From Mobula hypostoma (Eukaryota), in NCBI RefSeq assembly GCF_963921235.1, contig NC_086107.1:94490001-94554000 (forward strand): a DNA stretch of 64,000 nt, read 5' to 3'. Shown here piece after piece: positions 52,826-64,000 of the stretch. Each line of letters starts with the position of its first letter. The stretch's first letter is position 1. Position numbers and translations under genes: made by a program. The notes under the pieces are model-generated. The model made no database searches. It saw only the letters and a program-made list of their open reading frames with translations, and was not told where the DNA came from.

Positions 52826-54769
52826 CATGGAGTTATACAGTATGGAAAAAGGCCCTTCAGCCCAACTGGTCCATGCTGACCAAGACTCCTATCTGAGCCA
52901 GTCCCAATTGCTTGTATGTGGCTTATATCCCTTTAAAGTGCCAAGTGCCTTTTAAATGTAGTTAACGTACCTGCCTCAACCACATCCTTTGGCAGCTCGT
53001 TCTACATTCCCATTAAATCTCTTAAAAAGGTGCTTCTCGTTCTTGAGTCAATTCAATAGACAATAGGTGCAGTAGGCCATTCAACCCTTTGAGCCAGCAC
53101 CACCATTCACTGTGATCATGGCTGATCATCCTGGGGAAAAGACTGTGTGCATTGACCCAGTCTATTTTCCCTGTGCTTTTATACACCTCAATAAGGACAT
53201 TGAACAGTACAGCATGGGTCCTTCTACCCATGATGGTGTTCTGACTTTTTAAACCTACTCCACGATCAATCTAAAACCCTTCCCTACTACATAGACCATA
53301 ACCCTCCATTTTTCTTCCATCCATGCGCCTCTCCAAGAGTCTCTTATTTTGGCTTCCAAAGAGAAATTAGAATCAGAATCATGTTTAATATCACCGACAA
53401 ACGTGTCAGTGAGCTGTTGTTGTTCAGTCGTTAACTCAAGTCCGGACCATAAGGTCCATATTTTCACGGCAAGATATGGAAGTAGGTTGCCAGGCCATTC
53501 TTCCACGCTGATACTGCTGCTGCCCAGGTTGGGACCCGGCTGGGTTTAAACTCAGGACCATTTGCCTTGGAGTCCAGTGCTGATGCCATGACACCACCTG
53601 CCGGCCCAGTAAATGAGCTAGCTGATGTTAATTACCTATAGGTGTCAGTAGATGACAAAGAATCGAGGAGAGGGAGAGAATACGTTGCAGGGCAATAGGA
53701 CATGGAATTGCTTGTCGCAAAGCTGGTATTGCTGACGCACTGAATGGCATCTTCACCCCCTCCCACCTCGAGGTGAGAGAACAGCTTTGCTCTGGGTGAC
53801 ACCGGGCTTCTTATGATCTTGCAGAGTACAGATCCACAGAAAGCGGAGGGGATCCCATCACAGTCTGGATCTAGCAGTTTCAACCTGATAAACACAGGAG
53901 ATTCTGCAGATGCTGGAAGTCCAGGGCAACAGACTCAAAATGCTGGAGGAACACAGCAGGTCACACAGCATCCATGGAAATGAACAAACAGTTGACATTT
54001 CAGGCCGAGACCCTTGAAATGCTGATTATTTCTTCCTCTTCACACCCCCTGCCACGAACAGATGCTGAGTTCCTTCAGAATTTTGTTTGATACTCCACAA
54101 TCCTAATTTATGATTCCCACTGTGTTTCAGCACCATCAGTCCCCCTCAAAAAACACCCACACACAAAAAAATCCCTCAAACACAACACTTCAGGTTGAGG
54201 TTGCAGAGTGGTCAAAGAATTAGGTAAGCCATTTGGCCATCAAGTCTGCTCCACTAATTGATCATGGCTGATTTACTTTCCCTCTCAATCCCATTCTCCT
54301 GCCTACAACCCATAACCTTCAATGCTCTTTAACACTGAGTATCTATCTACCTCCACTTTAAATATACCCAGTGACTTGGCCTCCACAGCCATCTGTGGGC
54401 AACAAATTCCAGAGATTCATCACCCTCTGGCTAAAGAAATTCCTCCTCATCTCTGTTCCAAAGGGACATCCTTCTGTTCTGAAGTGTGTTTTCTGGTCCT
54501 AGGCTCTCAGGCTATTGGAAACATCCTCTCCATGTCCATTCTATCTAGGCCCATCAATATCAAGTAGGTTTCAATTTGATCCCCCCTCCCCTCATTCTTA
54601 ACTCCAGCAGGTAAAAGTCCAGAGTCATCAAAGCAGGAAGCTTGGGCTGATTTTAATTCCTTCCTGAACCAGTGTATTAATTCCTGTTATAGAGCAGCGA
54701 CAGGTGGAACAGCTAGAAGTCTCTTACACACTTGGAGTATTGTCTTATGTAGTTCCTTAAGGTTGTTAT

Positions 54770-55125
54770 AGCCAGGGGTGGGAGTGGGGAATAAGCTCCT
54801 ACCTATTAAATGCTTCCAATGTTGTGCACTTCAAATAGCCTCTGACAACCAAGTCCAGCTCCTGACCTTCACATGTGGCTTAGCTACTAAGCCCAGCGAA
54901 ACCGTTTCTACTGACAGGAGAAGGGGCAGAGGCAGGTTACTGGCACCTTAAAACCAGTCGCTTTGGGCAGATGGGGCTCATCAGTCGTGGTTGGCAGCTC
55001 ATGCAGGAGCAGGAAAACTCTGATCTCAAACCTCCACTATCTTGCGGCTACACCCACTCATGGGGAAGGCTTTGGGAGAAAACCCCGAGGAAATATCTGG
55101 AGCTGGAGTCCCTAAGGCAGTCCTT
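54770..55125 (+). mobile_element. Probable RTE-clade 5'UTR-derived fragment
   Basis: Structured non-coding segment (ggcttag-cta-ctaagcc hairpin; ggaaaactctga); family call from recall only. Confidence 0.4.
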
Positions 55126-55261
55126 AAGAAACGCGTTTCATAACCCACTAATCTATGTAAAAAATATATTATTTTATATCCTTCCCTCCAATACTTTCCT
55201 TCAATACCTTAAAGTTATGGCTCCCTGAACTAGCCATTTCCACCCTGGCTGTCTACCCTAT

Positions 55262-55930
55262 CAAAGTGCTACACCTGCCCCTTCACCTCCATTTAGGGCC
55301 CCAAACAGACCTTCCAGGTGAGGCAATACTTCACTTGTGAACTTGCTGGGATTGTCTATTGTATCTGGTGCTCACGATGTGGCCTCCTCTATATTGCTGA
55401 GACCCATCATAAGATGGAGGACCGCTTCATCAAACACCTCCGCTCCATCCACCACAAGCAGAACTTCCCGCTAGCCAAACCTTATATTCCTTCTGGGTAC
55501 CCTCCAACCTGATGGCATGAATATCAATTTCTCCTTCTCTTTACAAAAAAATTCCCTCATCCTCCCCTCTTATTCTCTTCTCTGGCTTCTTATCACTGCT
55601 CGCCTGCCTATCACCTCTCCCAGGTGCCTCTCCTCCTTCCCTTTTTCCCCATGGTCTACTCTCCTCTCCTATCAGATTCCTTCCTCTCCAGCACTTTACC
55701 TTTCCTACCTGCCTGGCTTCACCTTATCACCTTCCAGCTATCCTCCTCTCCCTCGCCTCACCCTCACATCCTGACATCTTACTCCTTCCTTTCCAGTCCT
55801 GACGGAGGGTCCCAGCCCAAAACATCGACTACTTGTTTGTTCCCACAGATGCTGCCTGACCTGCTGAGTTTCTCTAGCATTTTGTATGTGTTGCTTTGGA
55901 GTTCCCAGCATCTGCAGAATTTCTTGTGTC
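55262..55930 (+). mobile_element. Penelope-like element 3' part (GIY-YIG endonuclease remnant and pLTR)
   Basis: FTCELAGIVYCIWCSRCGLLYIAET...RFIKHLRSI (GIY-YIG-like), followed by the pLTR sequence seen many times in the window. Confidence 0.85.
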
Positions 55931-56614
55931 CACTCTATCCATGCCTCTCATCACCTTCTACACTTCTATCAAGCCACATCTCATCTAGTAGAGAAATACT
56001 TCACCTCTAATAGATGCTGCCTGACATGCTCAGTTCATTCAGCATTTTGTGTGTGTCTTGCTCAAGATTTCCAGCATCTGCAGAATCTCTTGTGTTTAAA
56101 CAAAGGTATACTAACCTCTGAATCCTCACTTCTGTCCCACCACAGAGAGGCAAAACTCCAACACATAGCATCAAGCGCTGGCTACAATCAATGGGATTAG
56201 CAAAGCAGATATAACCAAACAGTGGCGACATTCTAAACGCAAAAGGGCCTTCTTTCTACTCAGAATCTCAAACCCAAGTCAGAGCACAGGCCCCTCTGAA
56301 GTGGTTTGCATTCAGAAGTCAACAGTTCAACTGACTGAACCAAGCAAAGAAAAAGCTGCTGGGAAAACACCGGGTGGGGGGGGGGTGCATGTCAGGCGGC
56401 ATCTGTGGAGGGAAATATGGGGTTGACACTCTTCATCTGGATTGCTGGAGGAATTCTTTTTCAAAGTAGGCAAACCTCAAAGCACTGGAGAGGTAAAATG
56501 GAGACTGCAGAAGGAATTGAACCAAGAACACCGTGGGGCAGCACAGTAGAACAGAGCAATGGCATGGTAACATAGCAGCTAGTGCGACACTGTACAGCAC
56601 CAGTGGTCAGGATT

Positions 56615-57195
56615 AAGGCATTGGTAGACTGTACTTGGGAGTACTGTGAGCAGTTTTGGGCCGCTTATTTAAGAATTAGATAGGCTGGCTCTGGAAAGGA
56701 TCCAGAGGAGGTTCTCAAGAATGATCCCAGGAGTGAAAGGGTTAATGCATGAGGAATGTTTGATGGCTCTGAGACTATACTTGCTGGAGTTTGGAAGAAT
56801 GAGGGGGTGGGAATTTCACTGAAACCGATTGAGTATTGAAAGGCCTAGAAAGAGTGGACGTGGAGAGGATGTTTCCTATGGTGGGGGAGTCTAGCACAAG
56901 AGGGTACAACCTCAGAATAGAAGCACAACCCTTTAGAACAGAAATGAGGAGGAATTTCTTTAGCCAGAGGGTGATGGATCTGTGAAATTCATTGCCACAG
57001 ACGGCTGTGGGGGCCAAGTCATTGGGTGTGTTTAAAGCAGAAGTTGATAGGTTCTTGATCAGTAAAGGTGTCAAAGTTTAAGGAGAGAAAGCAGGAGAAT
57101 GGGGTTGGGAGGGATAATAAATCAGCCATGATGGAATGACAGAGCAGACTCGATGGGCCAAATTGGCTAATTCTGCTCGATCTCTTATGGTCTTT
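56615..57195 (+). mobile_element. CR1 3' fragment inserted in a SINE (SINE parts about 56530-56615 and 57195-57390)
   Basis: CR1 C-terminus and 3'UTR; SINE head before it and SINE body after it. Confidence 0.75.
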
Positions 57196-58051
57196 AATTC
57201 CCACTGCTCTCTGTAGAGAGTTTGCACATTCACCCTATGGGTTCCCTCTCACACTCCAAAGACATTCAGGTTACAGTTAGTAAGTTGTGGGCACACTATG
57301 TTGGCACTGAAAGCATGGCACCATTTGCAGGCTGTCCCTAGGACATCCTCAGATTGCTGATTGATACTGCAAATGACACATTTCACCATATGTGTGTTTT
57401 TAAAATCCTAGCCTTACCTACAGTGAGCTTTCCAGAACCAGTCATACATGGGCTACCATGTAGCTTACCTGCATTAACTCTTGTGGCCTCAGGACCTCAT
57501 TGTTCCTGCTCCGCTCAGTCCAGCTGGGAAAAGACCTCTGTGTTCTTACTCCCAACTTATTCTTCTTCTCACCAAAGAATCGAAGAGCGCAAAGCTAGGT
57601 GTGTCCGTATCACAGAGAAGGGTCGCGGTTTGCTATCCACTCTGAAACCAAACATTCGTGAAAATGTAAGAAAATAGGACCAAGAGTTGGCCACTTGGCC
57701 CTTCTAGTCGATCTTTCCTATCTCCTTTATAACACACTCAGCGATCCAGGCCTCACAGCTCTCTGGGACTGAGAATTCCAGAGGTTTGCCACCCTTTGCA
57801 AGAAGTTCCCATACACCTCCTTACCTTAATAGCATTTAAATAGCCACATCCTTAACTTGTAAATACATCCCCTCGTTTGAAAGTCTCCCACCAGGGGAAA
57901 CTTAAACATCTGTCCAATGACTCTCCCAGGGAATTTATACTCCTCTCCCAATTCAACTCCTCGTGTGTAGAGTTCCTCATTGTCCTCAATTCCTCAATCT
58001 TCCAGAAGTTTATCAATTCCTTCTTTAAGGACCCACAAAGATCTGGCTTCT

Positions 58052-59688
58052 TTTTTTTAAAATTTATTTTTATTGAAATTCAGCATCATACAAACATTTC
58101 CATAAGATGTATTGATATAAGATACTGTATGTATATATCATATATTCATGTTTGCCACTAATCTCCACATAGTATTTATCTGAGGTATACACTTATAGAA
58201 AAGAAAGAACTAACAAAAGGAAAACTATGTACAAGTAGGGAGCGATCTTTTAATTTTACAACATAATCATTGATTTGTGAGAATAAAATCCAACCTATGG
58301 GGTGTTATGTAGTCAAACCATTTTTCCCAGTATGAATCAAATTGTTCCAATTTATGATTAACAGATGCTGTTATCTTCTCCATTTTGTAAATATCCATTG
58401 TAATTTCCATCCATGCATTTAAAGTTGGGCTCTCCTATGATAAACATTTCTTGGTAAGGGTCTTTTTACCAGCCACCAGTAGTATATTCATTAAATATTT
58501 ATCTCTTTTCAGCCATTCTTGAGGTATATACCCAAAATATATGGTCTTATTTTCTAAGGGTATTTCACATTTTAAAATATCTTGTAGGGCATTGTGTATC
58601 CCACTCCAACAGTCTTTGATAACGGGGCAATCCCAGAAAATATGGTAATGGTTTGCATTTTGATTTCCACAATTTCTCCAGCAAACAGGGAGGTTACTAT
58701 CATAATGGGATTTCTGAGAGGATGTAATAAAATACCTTATCAGGTTTTTCCACCCAAACTCCCTCCATTTCTGTGAACTGGTACACTTCCATTGATACCT
58801 CCATATTATTGTCCATTCTTCCTCACATATAGTTATCCCTCCTTCCTCCTCCCATTTTGTTTTAATGTATGAAGTCGAATGTGTTTTAAGATTTGACAGA
58901 CCCTTATACACGCTTGAAATTATTCTACTACCATTATCTCAATCATATGCTTTTCTAAACCGTTCTATCAAACATGTACTTGCCTCGGTTAGATTTTTCA
59001 CCCTGCCATTAACATACTGTCGCTTCTGTAGATACTGATAAAAGTCTTGTTTTTCTAATAAGTGTTTCTCTTTAAGCATTTCAAAACTAAACAGTGTTCC
59101 TTCTTTCATTATATTGCATAGAAGTGTTATTCCTTTAGCTGTCCAGTCCTTAAATCTAGCATCTAGTTTATTCGGCGTAAAATCCGAGTCATATGCACAC
59201 CATTTAAGAATTACAAAATCTCCCTCTAGTTTATATTCTTTTATAATAGTTTTCCATATTTTAGGAGTCCATTTCACCCATGGATTATCAATAGTATTTA
59301 TATAACTTTGTAGCTTGTTATCAGCCAAAATTGCCTGTATGGGGATGGAAGGTATCTTCTCTTCAATGTTTTTCCATTGAGCGTCATATGACGGGTTGCA
59401 CCAGCATATCACAGCTCTCATCTGTGCTGCAACATAATAATCTCTAGGAGAAGGGAGGACCCATCCCCCCTTTTCCTCGGCTAATTGCAAAGTTTTGAGA
59501 CAAACTCTAGGTCTTTTACCTTGCCATATGTACCCTGATTTTGTGCCATTCATTGAATTGATGTTGGTTAATCTCTATTAGTAGGGTCTGAAAGAGATAT
59601 AATAGTCTGGGAAATATATTCATTTTAATGGATTCAATCCTTGAACTGAGACTAAAGAAAGGAATTAGATTCCATCTTGTTATGCCTT
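58052..59688 (-). mobile_element. 5'-truncated L1-clade LINE with A-rich tail and 16-bp TSD
   Basis: C-terminal CWRNC...HIFWDCP knuckle and IWQGKRPRV motif; T-rich tail from 58052; TSD caaagatctggcttct at 58036-58051 and 59689-59704. Confidence 0.93.
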
Positions 59689-60291
59689 CAAAGATCTGGC
59701 TTCTATGACCCTCCCTCTGTGAGTGGATCTGTGAGCACCTCAGTTTTAAGTGACTGACCCCAATCTTGTACTTGCATCCCCTCTTTAGAGACTATAATAC
59801 AAAAGCCTGAAATCATGAACCATCAGGCTCAAGGACAGCTTCTAGCCCACTGTTGAACAGTCTCCTAAAATGATAAGAGGACGGTTGATTTCCTAATCCA
59901 CCTCGTCATGGCCTTTACGCCTTATTGTCTGCCTTCACTTCACTTTCTGTGTAACGCTTTATTCTACATAATGTTATTTTTTTGTATTAACTCAATGCAG
60001 TGTTGTAATGATCAGTATGTGTGAGATGTTAAACAAAGTTTTTCACTGTATCTTGTACAAGTGACAGTCGTAAAACAAGTAATCAGGTTTTTTTTCCCTC
60101 TGTAGATGGAAGCTCAGGGAATAGCCCAATTGTGTAGGAAAGAGAAGAGGACAAAGGTTGCCCAAGGTGATGTCTGGTCAGAAATCATTTCCAAGATTCA
60201 AAGTACATCTTTTATCAAAGTATGCATGCAACATATAACCCTGAGATTCATCTTCCCAGACAGCCACAAAACAAGGAAAACTATGGAACCT

Positions 60292-60784
60292 CAAACACGA
60301 GGAAATCTGCAGATGCTGGAAATTCAAGCAACACACACAAAGTGTGGTGGAACGCAGCAGGCCAGGCAGCATCTATACAAAGAGGTACAGTCAGCGTTTC
60401 GGGCCGAGACCCTTCGTCAGGACTAACTGAAAGAAGAGATCGTAAGAGATTTGAAAGTGGGAGGGGGAGGAGGAGATCAGAAATGATAGGAGACGATAGG
60501 AGGGGGAGGGATGGAGCTAAGGGCTGGAAAGTTGATTGGCAAAAGGGATACAAGGCTGGAGGAGGGAAAGGATCATGGGACGGGAGGCCTAGGGAGAAAG
60601 AAGGAGGAGGGAGCCCAGAGGATGGGAAAAGAATTATAGTGAGAGGGACAGAGGGAGAAAAATGAGAGAAAAAAGGGAAAAGAAAAAAAAATAATAATAA
60701 TAAATAAATAAGGGATGGGGTACGAAGGGGAGGTGGGGCATTAACAGAAATTAGAGAAGTCAATGTTCATGCCATCAGGTTGGC
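60292..60784 (-). mobile_element. Penelope-like 3'/pLTR insertion with 14-bp TSD
   Basis: TSD aaactatggaacct at 60278-60291 and 60785-60798; hammerhead-like core at 60388-60425. Confidence 0.85.
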
Positions 60785-61028
60785 AAACTATGGAACCTGT
60801 TCAAAGAAATGCATTAACCCTCCATCCAACATGCATATTAAAAAAAATCATGCAAATGGCAAAAAAAAGAGCAAACAACGCAGAATATAAAACACCAACC
60901 CACAAAAGTCATCGAACGAGTCCAGGCATAGTCAGTTCGGTTCAAACCAGCGCTGGGACACTCGTTATCTACAGGCTACCCTGATCAAAATCACACCAAA
61001 TAGCAACAAAAAAGGACCAGAAACCAGA

Positions 61029-61237
61029 CATCACACATCAAAGTTGCTGGTGAACGCAGTAGGCCAGGCAGCATCTCTAGGAAGAGGTACAGTCGATGTT
61101 TCAGCCCTTGGAAGGGTCTCGGCCCAAAACGTCGACTGTACCTGTTCCTAGAGACGCTGCCTGGCTTGCTGCGTTCACCAACAACTTTGATGTGTGTTGC
61201 TTGAATTTCCAGCATCTGCAGATTTCATTGTGTTTGC
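61029..61237. mobile_element. Fold-back Penelope pLTR-derived mini-insertion with 14-bp TSD
   Basis: Palindrome 61032-61196; TSD gaccagaaaccaga at 61015-61028 and 61238-61251. Confidence 0.85.
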
Positions 61238-64000
61238 GACCAGAAACCAGAATCATGTTATAACGTGAACTACAGAGTCCAATCCACAAACCATGTCAAT
61301 TAAACCTGATGGCTGAAAACAAACACTCAGGCAAGAACTACAGTGAGAATCACTTACGTACTCTTTGATCATACTTTTGCATTCTAGGTGGTGGACATGG
61401 ATTGGAAAAGTTTCAGAAGGATAGGGCCTAACACTGACAAATGGGACTGGCTTAGATGGGGCATTGTGGTCAGCTGAAGGGACTGTTTCTCCACTCTATT
61501 TTGCTCAGTAACTGAGAAAGAGCTTCTTCTCTCTTCAGAGAAAACCATTTATTGTAAACCTCAAAACAAAACTGCAGGCAACACCAGACTGGAGCATTTT
61601 CAGAATTCAGAACAGATAAAATCTAAAATTCTCCGATATCAGCTCTCAGAAACTCCTCTAACATACCACTTGCACAAGACCCCACGAAGGCACACCAGGC
61701 AATTGAACATTGATTTCTCTAATTTCTGGTCTCACCTTCCCTCCTTCTCTCTTTGCCATTCCCTTTTCTGGCTTCCCTCTCACTCCTTCTCCTCATCAGC
61801 CCATCACCTCCCTCTGCAGCCCCTCCTCCTTCCCTTTCTCCCGCAGTCCACTGTCCTCTGTTGGGTTGGGGTATAGAATTACTACTTTTCTTGTAGTCTC
61901 ACTTTCCTATTTGAGCTTGTATTTTATATAAACCACCCACCACACAGATGTAATGGTCCAGTAATAATTTTTTCAGTAATTAAGGTACAGTTCCTTCTAT
62001 ATTCTACTAGAAACTTCTTAGTTCTAGTAGCTGGAGTCACGCGACTTGAATCTAGCTATTTTATAGATTAATTGTTATCACTGGAAGTCTTAGCCTCAAT
62101 CTTGACTCTCAAAGAAGCCTTGGATCGCAAGAACATCCGGAACCAACATCTCCTATCAAATTCATTCTTCTTCAGCTCTTTCCCTCTTCCACCTATCCCC
62201 TCCCAGCTTCTCACTTTATCCATACTCCCCCACCCATCTACTCTCCCCCTCGCCTGGTCTCACCCGTCTCCTGCCAGCTTGTACTCCTTCCCCTCCACCC
62301 ACCTTCATATTCTGACTTCTTCCCCCTTCTTTTCCAGTGCTGATGGAGGGTCTCAGCTGAGTTCCTCCAGCATTTTGTGTGCGTTGTGCAAATCTAAATG
62401 AGCTTTCCTCTAATCATTCCAAACAACATTTCTTCCCCACCCCACCCCCACAAATGGGACTAGACTGTGAAGACCAGTGAACTATTCAACCATGCAAGAC
62501 ATCACGACCACGACCACCAAGGGACTGAATCCTGAGCTCCAGGGGCGAAGTACGTGGAGTGCTCCAATTTCCTCAAACGTCCCAAGGAAATTCAGGTTGG
62601 GTGGATGAATTGGCCACTGTAAGTTACCCCCGCTCTTGTGTGTAGGTGAGTGGTGGCACCTTGGAAGAGTTATTGAGAATGTGAGGAGAATGATACATGG
62701 GATTATTGTAGGATTGGTCTAAGCGTGTGGTTGACAGTAGAACAAAGAAACACAATAGAAGCAATGCAGTGTTTTTCATTGATTCTATTGAATTTCTTTG
62801 TTCTACTGTGAATGCCTGCAAGAAAATGAATCTCAGGATAGAATATAGTGGCAAATATGAAAATAAATTTACCTTGTACTCTCTGCCACAATCCAGGCCT
62901 CATTGTTTATGAAGCACCAGTAGTGTCATACTGCTGGCTTTTTAAACTTGTCATAAATGCACCTTATGCTAAATGTCAATCTTCTGGAATATATTTTATT
63001 ATTTGTGGTAATATTACTTCATGTGTTGTATGTAAGATGCTTGTATTGTATTGTGCACCTTGGCCCGGAGGAATGTTGTTTCATTCGGTCGCTTACATGT
63101 ATATGGTTGAATGACAGTAAACACACACAGAATGCTGGAGGAACTCAACAGGTCAGGCACCATGTATAGAAATTAATAGATAGTCCATGTTTCAGGCAGA
63201 GACCCTTCTTCAGGACTGAGAAGGAAGGGGAAAGACACCAGAAATAAAAGGTGGGGGTGGGGGGAGGGGAAGGAGGCTAGCTGGAAGGTGATAGGCAAAG
63301 CCAGGTGGATGGGAAAGGTCAAGGGCCGGAGAAGAAGGAATCCATTATGAAGAGAGTGGACCTTAGGAGGAAGGGACCCAGGAGGAAGTGACAGGCAGGT
63401 GAGAAGAAGTAAAAGGTCAGAGTGGGGAATAGATGGGGGGGTGAGGGAAGAATTTGTTTACCAGAAGGAAAAATCGATATTCATGCCATCAGGTACCCAG
63501 ATGGAACATACTGTTACTCCCCCACTCTGAGGGTGGCCTCATCATAGCACAAGAGGAGACTGTGGACCAACATGTCAGAACAGGAATGGGAATTAAAACG
63601 CTTGGCCACCAGGAAGTCCCACTTGTGGCGGATGGTGCAGAGGTGCTCAACAAAGCAGCCCCCCCCCCCAATTTAGGACGGGTCTCACCAACGTAGAGCA
63701 GGCCACACCGGACTCAATAGATGACCCGAGCAGAGTCACAGGTGAAGTGTCACCTCACCCGGAAACTTGAACTTGACCCTGACTTACATCGATGGCCAGC
63801 ATGGACAATGCGACGAAGGGCCGGTCTCTGTGCTGCCTCTTCCTCGCTCTCGCCCTGTGTAACTGCTTCCCTCTTCACCCTTAGCACACTCAGCTCCCCG
63901 CCTGGACTTATCGCTCCCTTGATTATCATTCCATTTTACAGTGACCACGTGAAGTAAGCTGCCTCAGAGAGCAAGGAGACAGACTGAGAAAGTAGGGTGG

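Noticed and set aside
53767..53884. Possible cryptic 5'UTR exon on the minus strand (tatcag|...gag|gtggga)
   Set aside because: Acceptor comes from a Penelope repeat end and the donor is weak; no other support.
54838..54935. CPEB3/HDV-like loop (ttcacat) with ctcctg/caggag pairing
   Set aside because: P3 and P1 cannot be formed consistently; a competing hairpin is present.
1..64000. CRISPR array, prokaryotic defence system, rRNA or tRNA genes, canonical DR4 LXRE
   Set aside because: Eukaryotic intron-rich DNA; no repeat-spacer array; tRNA-like parts are SINE heads; no convincing DR4 seen by eye, though a motif scan would be needed to exclude one.

Overview
Repeat-rich vertebrate genomic DNA, most likely from a cartilaginous fish (ray or shark; inferred from the repeat families and the receptor sequence). 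The only host gene I can support is a liver X receptor on the minus strand, best assigned to NR1H2 (LXR-beta). Six coding exons (50257-50296, 43827-43988, 41016-41285, 39022-39230, 27643-27822, 6233-6332) join with GT-AG sites and matching phases and run from the start codon into the ligand-binding domain; the last exons lie beyond position 1. The introns are filled with CR1, Rex1/Babar-like, L1, RTE-like and Penelope-like retroelements, SINEs, solo LTRs and Tigger/hAT DNA transposon remnants. Best leads: (1) a U_UUA_AAC-stop slippery site at the ORF1/ORF2 overlap of two divergent CR1 copies, where the intact ORF2 has no AUG before its endonuclease, suggesting -1 ribosomal frameshifting; (2) a two-uORF cassette over the NR1H2 start codon; (3) Penelope-derived hammerhead motifs and fold-back insertions with 14-bp TSDs; (4) several long intronic inverted repeats. 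All family calls come from reading the sequence, not from database searches.
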